Shown: one piece after another, positions 7,788 through 17,445 of the stretch
How positions within the stretch are numbered: position 1 is the first letter of the stretch
Layout: each line of letters opens with the position of its first letter
Origin: a virus
Strand: one strand, 5' to 3'
Virus record (IMG/VR): IMGVR_UViG_3300009159_000053
Coordinates: 22,893 to 86,892 of that record
DNA length: 64,000 nt
Notes under the pieces: generated by a model
The model's input: the letters and a program-made list of their open reading frames with translations, nothing else
The model's database searches: none
Told to the model about the DNA's origin: nothing
Position numbers and translations under genes: made by a program

Positions 7788-9784
7788 TTTGCCTCTCCCC
7801 ATTTGTCTACTATTTTTACATCGGCAATTAGTGGAACAATAATTGCTGGGATGTGTACGCCTTCCATTGATTCTCTAACTGCTTCGGCAACCGATTCTGC
7901 TAGATCTTCACGAGCAACTGTAACAAGTTCATCATGCACAGTCAAAATTACATTGGCATCAGGTTCTGTTACTAAACAAGAGTGGGCTCTAATAATTGCT
8001 AACTTCATTAAATCTGCTGCAGATCCTTGAATTACTGTGTTAAATGCTTGTCTTTCAGCCCTTGCTCTTAAACCTATCTCTTTACTTTTTAAATCTGGCA
8101 AGTATCTTCTGCGTCCATATACAGTGGGAACATATGGGACTGGACTTTTTGCCAAGGCTTGTCTAATAATTTTGGCTTTATATTTTGATATATCGTGAAA
8201 CTTTTCTGTAAATCTATTTAATAAATTTTTTGCATCAGTAACTGTACAGCCAATACTTGCTGCAATTTTTTCTGGGCCAACACCGTAAGCAATAGAAAGA
8301 ACAAGAACCTTTCCCGCTTTACGATCTACTCCCATTGTATTGCCAATTGTTGTGTAGATATCTTCTCCATCTAAATAGTTTTTTACCATAATTGGATCTT
8401 TAGAAAAAGAAGCAATGATTCTAGGTTCAATCTGAGAGTAATCAGCAACTATTAATTTATATCCAGGAGGTGCAACAAATAGGTTTCTAATTAACTTTCC
8501 ATACTCTCCTGCACTAGGTATGTTTTGTAAATTTGGATCGCTGCTGGAGAATCTGCCAGTTTCTGCTCCGTGGGCTTTAAAGTTGGTATGAACTCTGCCA
8601 TTAATTAACAAACTTTTTTTATCAAAAACTTTTTCTTTACCCATTGTAGTTCTTGTAACTTCTCCACCTAAATATGGCATAACGTAAGTTGTCATTAATT
8701 TATTTAAATCTTGATACTCAAGAATTGCATCGACTAACTCATCTTTAGACCTATAAAATTCAAGAGCATCTGATGAAACAGAGTAATGATAGATAGTTAA
8801 GTTACTTGCATCAGTTGCTGCAACGGCTTGTCCTCTTGCAGTAAGGGCTACCCGTACACGTAAATTTGGTTTAATGCCACGACCTTCTGGTTTGGAAGAG
8901 AACAACAATTCTTGTTTTTCTTTTACCGAATTCATAGCAAAAGGTTTTCCAGTTAATTTCCAAGCCTTAGCCTTTGCTAAATCAATGTCTTTTTCAAGAC
9001 TTGCTTTTAAAGAAGTAAGTTCTTTTACATCAATTGTTGCACCAGTTAATTCCATATCACATAATGCTGGAATTAATCCCATTTCTAAATCCCATACATC
9101 TTTTAATCCGTTTTGTAATTTTGGAGAAAAAGTTTTATATAAATTCCAAGTTACTTCTGCATCTATGCCTGCATATTTAGCCACGACAGAAAAAGCGTGA
9201 GCCTCAACTTCTGCACCTACGCCTTTTTCTACTTTTAAACTTAACTCTCTTTCAGCACAAGCAGCAAGATTTAAGGCTATTCTATTTCTATTGTCAATGA
9301 TAAACGCTGCCATTAGAGTATCAAAAAATGGTTTTGAGGGAACAACACCACGATAATATTTAGCAATTGATTTTAAATCAAATTTAATGTTATGTCCTAT
9401 TTTTAGTTTGTCACTAAAAAACAATGGTTTTAATGCTTGAAACACTTCACCAGGTAGTAACTGTTCTGGTGGTAAATCAAATACTGGTTTCCATTTTGCT
9501 TGGTTTTTAGAATAGTCGGCATCTGTTAAAGGTTTACCAGCAACTGCCTTGCGTTGACCACTTAACAAAATTTCTTTATCCCAACTTAAAAATTCCCCAT
9601 TAGGATGACCCATGGGAATTACATCTGTTCTTCCTTCTGTTGCTAAAGAAATCCACAATACGTCGTTTACCACAGGTTGAATTCTGTTTTCTCCAACTGT
9701 TTCTACATCAAATGCAAATGCATTTACTGATGAGTAATACTCGACCAGATCTCTTAGTTGTTCTTTAGTTGTAATAATGTTCAT
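7784..9784 (-). CDS. polA: DNA polymerase family A with 3'-5' exonuclease
   Basis: FDVET, HNIKFD, YAGIDA, TGRFSSSDPNLQNIP, DYSQIEPR, RKAGKVLVLSIAYG, VHDE. Confidence 0.96.
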   Translation of the reverse strand: MNIITTKEQLRDLVEYYSSVNAFAFDVETVGENRIQPVVNDVLWISLATEGRTDVIPMGHPNGEFLSWDKEILLSGQRKAVAGKPLTDADYSKNQAKWKPVFDLPPEQLLPGEVFQALKPLFFSDKLKIGHNIKFDLKSIAKYYRGVVPSKPFFDTLMAAFIIDNRNRIALNLAACAERELSLKVEKGVGAEVEAHAFSVVAKYAGIDAEVTWNLYKTFSPKLQNGLKDVWDLEMGLIPALCDMELTGATIDVKELTSLKASLEKDIDLAKAKAWKLTGKPFAMNSVKEKQELLFSSKPEGRGIKPNLRVRVALTARGQAVAATDASNLTIYHYSVSSDALEFYRSKDELVDAILEYQDLNKLMTTYVMPYLGGEVTRTTMGKEKVFDKKSLLINGRVHTNFKAHGAETGRFSSSDPNLQNIPSAGEYGKLIRNLFVAPPGYKLIVADYSQIEPRIIASFSKDPIMVKNYLDGEDIYTTIGNTMGVDRKAGKVLVLSIAYGVGPEKIAASIGCTVTDAKNLLNRFTEKFHDISKYKAKIIRQALAKSPVPYVPTVYGRRRYLPDLKSKEIGLRARAERQAFNTVIQGSAADLMKLAIIRAHSCLVTEPDANVILTVHDELVTVAREDLAESVAEAVRESMEGVHIPAIIVPLIADVKIVDKWGEAK

Positions 9785-9808
9785 TATTTTCCCTCACTAA
9801 TAAGTTAA

Positions 9809-9848
9809 GTGGTGGAGCCTGAAAACGGAAATAAACAGGCTCCGCCAC
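9809..9848. promoter_or_regulatory. 13-bp stem with 14-nt loop between the SSB-like gene and polA
   Basis: GTGGTGGAGCCTG-N14-CAGGCTCCGCCAC. Confidence 0.65.
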
Positions 9849-9861
9849 ATTGGAATCTTGG

Positions 9862-10521
9862 TTAAACCAAGGAACGAGCAATCTTAAGCATTTCGGAGCG
9901 AGGGGTCTCTCGAATTACTTCGGCTGTATACGGAACAGCCCGTGCTACTAGTTCTTGAACCTCATCGAGGTTCAACTTCCATTCCTCCGCTAGGTCACGA
10001 CCACGAACAAACTCCATAGTGTAGTTTGTTGTAGGCCCTGTACCCATCCGAGAAATTTCCCAGAACTCTTTTGACAGAGGTCCTTTGCGCTCATCTTCAT
10101 GAGACTTTTTAATTAGTCTTGCAAGTGTTGGAGGTGCTGTAAGAATCTGCACACCCTGTGCTTCGCCAGTTAGTACAAGCACATTAAATGCAAAACGTGA
10201 ACGTGGTTTACTTCCAAGGATGTCAGTAAACGGATCATTTTCTGCTAAAGCAACAAAAGATTTTTTGCCTGTTGGCCGTTCAATCCAATGCTGCTCGTAG
10301 ACACGGAAGGGTCCATCCTCTAAGAATTTAATTAATTGTGGTTGTTCAGAAAAACGAAACTCTGTTGGAAACTCTGAGGAATTCTCAGTTAAGAGAGCCT
10401 CTGCTGCTTCCCAACCTTGTTGAACTGTAGTACCAATCTTTGGTTCTGCAGTTTCGCTGTCTTCATCTAAATAATTTGCAGGATTTTCTGCAACATCATT
10501 TGTTGGTTTGGTTATTGGCAT
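9862..10521 (-). CDS. Probable single-stranded DNA-binding protein
   Basis: IKFL, YEQHWI, FAFNV, ISRMGTGPTTNY resemble gp32-like phage SSBs; adjacent to polA. Confidence 0.55.
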   Translation of the reverse strand: MPITKPTNDVAENPANYLDEDSETAEPKIGTTVQQGWEAAEALLTENSSEFPTEFRFSEQPQLIKFLEDGPFRVYEQHWIERPTGKKSFVALAENDPFTDILGSKPRSRFAFNVLVLTGEAQGVQILTAPPTLARLIKKSHEDERKGPLSKEFWEISRMGTGPTTNYTMEFVRGRDLAEEWKLNLDEVQELVARAVPYTAEVIRETPRSEMLKIARSLV

Positions 10522-10581
10522 TTGTTTCTTCTTTCGGTAATGAGGCACGGAGGATGTTGTATCACTGTACAAACTTAATCA

Positions 10582-11058
10582 CTACTGGCTCTCTAGGTTT
10601 GTGATTTCCTTCCAACGACTTATTAAAGCCTCTGTTAGGTCATCTTGGTTAGACCACTCTACACGAGCAGACCCTAGTAATCCACGTTTTGAAAACTCTT
10701 CAATAGCGGACTCAATTAATGGTCTGGTGTACACCCTATTTCCTCCAATTTTTTCTCCCTTTAGAGTTTTAGACCGAAGTCTATAAGGTGCTCTAGGTAT
10801 GTAGCCTTTTCTTTCCCATAAGCGAACAGTAACAATTGTTTTTTCTAACGCTAGTGCTAATGCACTAATAGTAAAAACCTCTGTTTCTTTTCCACTTAAT
10901 GTTTTAATGATCGGATTTGCATCCCAACCATTACTCTCCCCGTTTTTACGGCGAGAAACTTTTGGATCTTCTTCACGGCGTTTTCTTTTAGAACCTGGAA
11001 TGTATTCTAAATCAGCAAACGCTTCTAAAATTTCATCGTCTCCACGTAATCCAGCCAT
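10582..11058 (-). CDS. MerR-like HTH DNA-binding protein
   Basis: FTISALALALEKTIVTVRLWERKGYIP...RVYT. Confidence 0.75.
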   Translation of the reverse strand: MAGLRGDDEILEAFADLEYIPGSKRKRREEDPKVSRRKNGESNGWDANPIIKTLSGKETEVFTISALALALEKTIVTVRLWERKGYIPRAPYRLRSKTLKGEKIGGNRVYTRPLIESAIEEFSKRGLLGSARVEWSNQDDLTEALISRWKEITNLESQ

Positions 11059-11060
11059 AA

Positions 11061-11501
11061 TTATCTCTTATTTAAAATTAAAGCCCATACAATTTTTTGT
11101 GGATACATTAAGTCAACCTCTTCTTCAGTTAACTTTCCCTCATACAATGCGGCCATTAAAGCATCCTCATCAATAATCTGAATAGTTTTATACAACTCAG
11201 TTTCAAGACCTTTAGACACAATTAAATTATCAGCCATTTGTGGATCAATTTTACGAGACACTCTTCTTTGTTTTTGTAACATGGTTACGCCGTCTATTTC
11301 ATTTGGAAGTTCTACAAAAATATTTCCATTGCCATCGACTTCACCCTTGGTGTCTACAACTTCAAATATTTTTTCTTTGAGCAGTTTTAATTCTGACTCA
11401 AAATACTCAACTTGTTTTTTAAAAAATATATATTGTTTAGCCTGTGCTTCAAGGTCATCTATTGCAGCCACTCTAGGTTCTTCTTTTTTTATTCTTGCCA
11501 T
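11061..11501 (-). CDS. Hypothetical protein
   Basis: 146-aa ORF with GAGGGG RBS. Confidence 0.65.
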   Translation of the reverse strand: MARIKKEEPRVAAIDDLEAQAKQYIFFKKQVEYFESELKLLKEKIFEVVDTKGEVDGNGNIFVELPNEIDGVTMLQKQRRVSRKIDPQMADNLIVSKGLETELYKTIQIIDEDALMAALYEGKLTEEEVDLMYPQKIVWALILNKR

Positions 11502-11511
11502 GTTAACCCCC

Positions 11512-13083
11512 TCAAGGTCTCTGTTGTTGTAGGAAACTTATCAGACTTCCCACGGTTAGGTCAATTCCTCCTTTAGAATTGATTCCCGTTCCATCCATTA
11601 CTGCGTCTGCTACTGCATTTTTTTGTTGAAGCATTTCAAATTGTCGTTCTTCAATAGAGTCCTTTACAATAATATCTTGAATAATTATGCTTGGCCATCT
11701 ACTTGATGCTCGTTTAATTCGTCCATTTCTTTGTACGGCTAAACCCGCAGACCAAGGCAGATCATAGTTTATTAACAAATTTGCAATAGGTAAATCTACA
11801 CCGTAGCCACCTGCATCTGATGAAATAAACACACGACAATCTGGGTCTGTAAGAAACTTTTCTTTACTTGCTTCTTTCTCTTTTGCATTCATACTTCCCG
11901 TATATATAGTCCCACCAGTAACTTCTTTAATTCTAGAAAGCATGCCGACCCAAGATGTAAAGATAACTACTTTTGCTTCTGGATCAGTCTCTAAATGATC
12001 AGCCACATAACTTTTTAATACATCTAATTTTGGTTGTTTAGTTATGTTTTCTAACAACGAACGTTCTTTTAAACTGTATGCATAGGCACTGCCTTCGCCT
12101 TCTTGTTTTAAAAATTTTTCAGAACTATCGATCAATAAACTGGGATGATCACAAAGCATTCTTAAAGAAGTAATCTTAGACATAATAGAACCCCGCATCA
12201 TGTCTGCTGGACCACCTGGCTTACTATCGTGTCCGTAGTGTGCTAGTAAAGAAAAGTTTGCTCCAAGTAATTGTTGTGCTTCATATAATTCTTGACTCAA
12301 TTCATTAGCAATTAAGTTGTATAACTCAGAGGTTTTTGTGTCAAAAGAAATTTGAATTGGATCTAGATGAATTGTGTCGGGAAGATAGGGAGCGACGTCT
12401 GGATCTGTTTGTACTTTTCGGACCGACGCTTCTTTCATTTTTGCGTGAAATATATTTAAGTTTCTATACCGTTGAACACCACCAAAGTGATTTCTTACAA
12501 TAAAAGTTTGATCAAACAAATCAAATCTTCCAAGTAATTTTGAATCTACAAATTGCATAATGCTATACACCTCTTCTGGTTTACCATTTTCTATTGGGGT
12601 GCCCGTAAGAGCAAATCTAATAGGTACATTTGCAGATAACTTTTTTACAGCCTTTGAACGTTTAGATCTAAAACCTTTAATGGCTGTGGCTTCATCGCAC
12701 ACAACCGCTCCCCAGTCTTCGTCTTTAATAGAGTCCCAATCATTAACAACTGTTTCATAATTACAAATAATATAATCTGCAGATCGTACTCCACTAAGTT
12801 CTCTATCCCAACGAATTAACCGAGTACTTTTTGAACCGTCTATAACTACGGTTCTTGCGTCAGAAAACTTTTGAATTTCTTTTTCCCATTGATATTTTAA
12901 ACTAGATAAAGCAATTATTAAAATAGGTTTAGTTAACTCTCCGTTCTCTTTTAATTTTTCAAGTGCTGCAATAGTCATACAGGTTTTTCCAAGACCCATC
13001 TCATATGCAACAAGCATTCGTTTACGATTAACCATTTTGTCTACTGCTTCGGGTTGATATGGTTTTAAAATTCCTTTAAACAT
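11512..13083 (-). CDS. SNF2-family helicase
   Basis: LKPYQ, EMGLGKT, CDEA, LTGTPIEN, GGYGVDL, NYDLPW, QRNGRI. Confidence 0.92.
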   Translation of the reverse strand: MFKGILKPYQPEAVDKMVNRKRMLVAYEMGLGKTCMTIAALEKLKENGELTKPILIIALSSLKYQWEKEIQKFSDARTVVIDGSKSTRLIRWDRELSGVRSADYIICNYETVVNDWDSIKDEDWGAVVCDEATAIKGFRSKRSKAVKKLSANVPIRFALTGTPIENGKPEEVYSIMQFVDSKLLGRFDLFDQTFIVRNHFGGVQRYRNLNIFHAKMKEASVRKVQTDPDVAPYLPDTIHLDPIQISFDTKTSELYNLIANELSQELYEAQQLLGANFSLLAHYGHDSKPGGPADMMRGSIMSKITSLRMLCDHPSLLIDSSEKFLKQEGEGSAYAYSLKERSLLENITKQPKLDVLKSYVADHLETDPEAKVVIFTSWVGMLSRIKEVTGGTIYTGSMNAKEKEASKEKFLTDPDCRVFISSDAGGYGVDLPIANLLINYDLPWSAGLAVQRNGRIKRASSRWPSIIIQDIIVKDSIEERQFEMLQQKNAVADAVMDGTGINSKGGIDLTVGSLISFLQQQRP

Positions 13084-13246
13084 TATCTATTGGCGTTGGA
13101 GCAGTTGCTAAACTGCCACACAAGGCGCACTCCATATCTAACATATATAAAGATACTTCTCCATCTTCAAACATTGCTTTTACATTCCACAAAGTAGAGC
13201 CGCAAATACATACGTGTAAGGGTTGATCTTTATCTCTTAAGTCCAT
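13076..13246 (-). CDS. Small Zn-finger protein, 56 aa (not in ORF track)
   Basis: MDLRDKDQPLHVCICGSTLWNVKAMFEDGEVSLYMLDMECALCGSLATAPTPIDNV; TAATG-coupled to the primase. Confidence 0.75.
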   Translation of the reverse strand: MDLRDKDQPLHVCICGSTLWNVKAMFEDGEVSLYMLDMECALCGSLATAPTPIDNV

Positions 13247-14178
13247 TATAGGTAAGCGGCTTTTCCATGCAACATGTGTTTTGCAGTTTCTAGTCCAGTC
13301 AATATTTCTGACGGAGTCATATCTCCCACATCTTTTACATCAACACCCGTGTAATTAAAAAACAATAAATCAAAACCATATTTACGAGCATAATCTCGTA
13401 TTTGTTCACAGGCTTTTTTTCCAGCAGGATCATTATCAAATGCGGCTATCACTCTTTTTGCTCTACGAATTATTTTTGCTTGCTCTTCACTCATCATTGC
13501 GCCATAAATTGATACGGATCCACAAATTCCGACAGAATCTAACCTCACCACATCTAAGGGAGATTCAACCACTATTAATTGTTCCTCGTTTAAATGTTGA
13601 ACTCCAAAAACAGTTTTAGATTTTTTAACTCCAGCAGGTTGATTTTTAAAAAATCTCCCTCTAGCGCCTTTTTCTTGCCAACCTAATAATGAAAAGGTTT
13701 CGGGATCACGAATAGGTAATATCCAGGCTTCATTTGTTTTGTCCCATAAAACTTCATATTTATTTACGGCCTCTCGTGTTAAAAATCTTTTCTTTAGTTC
13801 TATGTCGGGCGGCTCTCCGTATACCGCTAATCTAGCCTCAGACATTGGTATGGTTTCTTCAGCAACAACGTACTGTGGTAACTCTTTAATTCTTTTCATT
13901 AAAGAATCAATAGGAACTTCTGCGGTATCGTCAATGTAGTCTCGTGCATCATGATAATCAATACCTTTTATATCTGAAATTAAAGTATAAATATTTCCTT
14001 TATAACCACAAGAAAAACAAATGTGAGCGCCTGTTTCAGAATTTATCCACCAAGAAGGCCTGTGATCATCTTTACCTGTTCTTTGTTTATGCATTGGGCA
14101 TAAACCATTAACTTCAGAACCTCTTTGTGCGTGAAGAGGTACCTCTAAAAATAAAAGAATTTTTTCTACATCAATCAC
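13246..14178 (-). CDS. DNA primase (CHC2 Zn finger plus TOPRIM)
   Basis: CPMH..CFSCG, VVESPLD, FDNDPAG, KDVGDM; GTGA overlap with the helicase stop. Confidence 0.9.
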   Translation of the reverse strand: MIDVEKILLFLEVPLHAQRGSEVNGLCPMHKQRTGKDDHRPSWWINSETGAHICFSCGYKGNIYTLISDIKGIDYHDARDYIDDTAEVPIDSLMKRIKELPQYVVAEETIPMSEARLAVYGEPPDIELKKRFLTREAVNKYEVLWDKTNEAWILPIRDPETFSLLGWQEKGARGRFFKNQPAGVKKSKTVFGVQHLNEEQLIVVESPLDVVRLDSVGICGSVSIYGAMMSEEQAKIIRRAKRVIAAFDNDPAGKKACEQIRDYARKYGFDLLFFNYTGVDVKDVGDMTPSEILTGLETAKHMLHGKAAYL

Positions 14179-15425
14179 ACACGGCCCCAATCAGAACAAA
14201 ATTTGCATTTCATCATTTGTTCTTCGTCATGAAAGCAACCTGTTTCCCAACGCCAAGTTAAAGCAGTTTCACTAGGACCACAGTTACGGCTGGCAACAAT
14301 TTTTAATAATCTAATATCTTCATCTTCTTCAACTGGCTCTAATCCTAAAATAACATCAGAGTCTTGAAAGAAAGAAGATGAGTAACCAATTGAGTCGGCA
14401 GTAACCTTTCCAGCACGCATTTTCCATAACAAGGTTTGTGTTGTAATGATGATTGGTTTGTTTACTCTTTGGGCTAACCGTTTTAACGATCGAGTAACAT
14501 TTGTTATTGCTTGTGGTGTATTCATTTCTCCACTTACTTCATCCAACATTAAATAAACACCGTCTACAAATACTATGTCTGGTTTTGTTTGCTCAATCTT
14601 TGCTGCTAAGGCTGAGACCGTAATTCCATTTACAGCATCAATTAAATGAAAAGATGGTTCGGTTTCCATTTTATTTAAAATATCTATATACCTATCTTCT
14701 TCTGCTGGTAATAGTTTTCCACGACGTAATCTGCCATGAGAAATATTTGCTCTCATTGCATCGTGTCTTTGTTGTTGTTCATGGTTGTTCATTTCAAAAG
14801 ATTGAAACATTGGAATAAATCCCTGCATATGAACATTGACAGCCATCTTTAATGCAATCTGCGACTTACCAGTTTTTGGTGGAGCAATTATTGTTATTAA
14901 TTGACCGCCTTGTAAACCTGCAGTTGCTTCGTCGATCTTTGAAAAACCAGTAGGAATACCTAAGAACTCTTCGTTCTGTAGGGCTTGATATTCTTTGTAA
15001 CGTTGTTCTGTATTTTTAGTTAAATCTATTTCATGTGTGCCAAGAATGCCTTGTTCATTAACCTTGGTAATAGTTGCTTCCATCGCAAGAAGAGCGGCAT
15101 CGTGATTATTGTCCTGTAATTGTTCAACTGCAGTTTCAAGTCCCTGTCGAGTAAGTAATCTGCGACGAAAGTCAACCATGGTATCCAAGAGGTACTCAAG
15201 ATTGTCTTGAACATCCAAAACTTTGTAATTGGGATAATGATCTTTGACTGTTACGGCAGTAGGAACTTCGCTGTACTCACCATAGTGTTTACGAACAAAT
15301 GACCATGCTTTACGGTTGTCGTCATCTAAAAACCAAGACTCATTAACACCACGCTGTAGTGCTGGAACGATGTCTCGATCACGGATGACCTTACTGACTA
15401 AACGATGTTCGTTGTCAGATGCCAT
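14175..15425 (-). CDS. DnaB-like replicative helicase
   Basis: GIPTGF, APPKTGKS, SFEM, VFVDG, LKRLA, QDSD, ASRN. Confidence 0.92.
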   Translation of the reverse strand: MASDNEHRLVSKVIRDRDIVPALQRGVNESWFLDDDNRKAWSFVRKHYGEYSEVPTAVTVKDHYPNYKVLDVQDNLEYLLDTMVDFRRRLLTRQGLETAVEQLQDNNHDAALLAMEATITKVNEQGILGTHEIDLTKNTEQRYKEYQALQNEEFLGIPTGFSKIDEATAGLQGGQLITIIAPPKTGKSQIALKMAVNVHMQGFIPMFQSFEMNNHEQQQRHDAMRANISHGRLRRGKLLPAEEDRYIDILNKMETEPSFHLIDAVNGITVSALAAKIEQTKPDIVFVDGVYLMLDEVSGEMNTPQAITNVTRSLKRLAQRVNKPIIITTQTLLWKMRAGKVTADSIGYSSSFFQDSDVILGLEPVEEDEDIRLLKIVASRNCGPSETALTWRWETGCFHDEEQMMKCKFCSDWGRV

Positions 15426-15438
15426 TTAGTGCCCCCTC

Positions 15439-15855
15439 TTACAAGTTATCTAGTTCTATTCCTGCTGATCCGTATCTTGCTACTCTCCATTGAACATCTA
15501 CTACGCCACGAAGATTAGCACGGTAAGGAAGTTTTCTAACTAACTCACCTGGGTCCTCGTAGAGGTTCCAATAGTTAAATGGATTGACTACTTCTCTTTC
15601 TAACTTTTCAAAGGCTTTTTCAAGTAACTCTTTGGTCCACCCTTGATCAGCATAACCTGCTAACTCTAAAGAGATACCATAATTGTTTGATAACAACCAG
15701 AGTTTGTTAGCACCCTGAAGATTTATTTCCCCTAACTTTAAGCCAACTTTTGTAACTAATAATTTCTTAGTAACTTCTTCTACTAAAGGAATTACTACAT
15801 CTGTTACACAAATGACTTGCGGAGAGGAGACGTTTGATATGTCTCCATTTTTCAT
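15439..15855 (-). CDS. Hypothetical protein
   Basis: 138-aa ORF in the operon. Confidence 0.65.
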   Translation of the reverse strand: MKNGDISNVSSPQVICVTDVVIPLVEEVTKKLLVTKVGLKLGEINLQGANKLWLLSNNYGISLELAGYADQGWTKELLEKAFEKLEREVVNPFNYWNLYEDPGELVRKLPYRANLRGVVDVQWRVARYGSAGIELDNL

Positions 15856-16160
15856 AGTACCTCGACTTTAGCATACCTAACTACAAAATCACGAAATGCC
15901 TTTGGGTCAGAGTTGGCTTGTGAGGCTAACTCTTCTGGGATTTCTTCTGGCACAAGGATCGAATAATGTCCGTTGTTCATTCTCATTTTATTGTTAACAA
16001 AAGAGACGTGCTTACACTTTAAACTCTTTTTCCAAACAGGGCAACTACACCTGACTCTTTTTGTTCCAGTATCAACCTCAACCTCAAACACGCCCGCAGC
16101 CTGAGAAGAGATAAACAATTGAACTGTCCGCCAAGGACTATCCATGCTCATCCCTTTCAT
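15852..16160 (-). CDS. SWIM Zn-finger protein
   Basis: CSCP......CKH. Confidence 0.8.
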   Translation of the reverse strand: MKGMSMDSPWRTVQLFISSQAAGVFEVEVDTGTKRVRCSCPVWKKSLKCKHVSFVNNKMRMNNGHYSILVPEEIPEELASQANSDPKAFRDFVVRYAKVEVL

Positions 16161-16879
16161 TGTGCTGCTCTTAAATCTGCACCGACTATTGGAACTCGAA
16201 TAAAGGCTTCGTTAGCAAAACTTGCCATTGCTTCCTTATACTCTGCTTCCCAATTCTCTAATTTTACATTGGTTGTAATAATTGTTGGCAGAGCCTTGTC
16301 GTATCTAAGACGTAGTATCTCATCAAATGATGAGTCATCGTACTTAGAACCGTATTCTTTTCCTAAGTCATCGATTACAAGAATTCTTACATTTAACCAA
16401 TCAAATTTAGATCTGCCATGAAAGCCATCTATCTCATAGACAGATTGCTTCTTATCCTCAAAGTCAGAATCAAAGGTTGCTTTCTTTCTAGATAAGAATT
16501 CAGGATAAGTCATGTAGTACACAGGCCTAGCGCCAAGACCAAAGTCAGATGCACTCATGCCCAATACTCTTGCAGCATCAGCATCAGTATCAGGAAGGCG
16601 GCGAACAAACTCCATAGCAGCAACTACTGCGTGGGTCGTCTTACCAATTCCAGGTCCGCCATCAAATAGAAGACCAACTCCATTAACTCCGATATGGCCG
16701 ATCTGCTTTATAACCTGACCGCTCACACAGTCATCTATCCACGTACTCACCTCGTCAGGAAAGGATCCCGCTCTGTCCACAAGGTCTTGTGGCTCAAGGC
16801 CGAGGAAGCGACGTGGGATATTTGAGTTACGAAGTAGCCAGTGCTTCTTTAAGGCTGAGAGTTGATTGATGTCATACAT
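16157..16879 (-). CDS. DnaC/IstB-like AAA+ helicase loader
   Basis: GGPGIGKT, LVIDDLGKE, RY...PTIITTN. Confidence 0.88.
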   Translation of the reverse strand: MYDINQLSALKKHWLLRNSNIPRRFLGLEPQDLVDRAGSFPDEVSTWIDDCVSGQVIKQIGHIGVNGVGLLFDGGPGIGKTTHAVVAAMEFVRRLPDTDADAARVLGMSASDFGLGARPVYYMTYPEFLSRKKATFDSDFEDKKQSVYEIDGFHGRSKFDWLNVRILVIDDLGKEYGSKYDDSSFDEILRLRYDKALPTIITTNVKLENWEAEYKEAMASFANEAFIRVPIVGADLRAAQ

Positions 16880-17018
16880 CGTCGTCTTCAAACTCATACT
16901 CATACATACCGCCATAGCGCATGCCTACATTTAGGATCCAGGAACCAATCATTATCATTACATCGCCAAAAAATCTAAGCGCTCTATTATTAGTTGGATA
17001 AATTAATCTGTTACTCAT
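16872..17018 (-). CDS. Small protein, 48 aa (not in ORF track)
   Basis: MSNRLIYPTNNRALRFFGDVMIMIGSWILNVGMRYGGMYEYEFEDDDV; fills the gap with short overlaps. Confidence 0.55.
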   Translation of the reverse strand: MSNRLIYPTNNRALRFFGDVMIMIGSWILNVGMRYGGMYEYEFEDDDV

Positions 17019-17160
17019 CTGACCCTCTGTCTACTATGACCTTTTCCCAATCGGTATTACAAGAGTAACACTTAAAATCCATATTCATGCTACCTCGTTC
17101 AACTGCTACGCCTTGTGTCTTGTCTTTACAAGAAGGGCAAAAGAAACTGAACTCGAGCAT
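17011..17160 (-). CDS. Small Zn-ribbon protein, 49 aa (not in ORF track)
   Basis: MLEFSFFCPSCKDKTQGVAVERGSMNMDFKCYSCNTDWEKVIVDRGSDE. Confidence 0.65.
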   Translation of the reverse strand: MLEFSFFCPSCKDKTQGVAVERGSMNMDFKCYSCNTDWEKVIVDRGSDE

Positions 17161-17163
17161 TAT

Positions 17164-17445
17164 TTAAGATCTAAAAGTTACAACGCCAACAAATGATGTT
17201 GGCTTTCCTTTAGCGTCTTTTCCTTCGCCTGCAATCATCTTCACGCTCTTGCGTGGTGTAAGTGCTTGCACTTGGCTTTTGACCCAGCGCTTGCCTGCTG
17301 ATGCGTTTGACCATGCAGCCATGTTCAGTGTCTCTGTGCCATCTATACCTTCAGTTGTTACACTGATGATAGCCATCCATGCGCCACCCTTTTCAACATT
17401 TTTATTTAGATGTGCACTAAATGTCTTTACTACCTTTTTAGCCAT
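17164..17445 (-). CDS. Hypothetical basic protein
   Basis: 93-aa ORF with AAGGAG RBS. Confidence 0.65.
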   Translation of the reverse strand: MAKKVVKTFSAHLNKNVEKGGAWMAIISVTTEGIDGTETLNMAAWSNASAGKRWVKSQVQALTPRKSVKMIAGEGKDAKGKPTSFVGVVTFRS

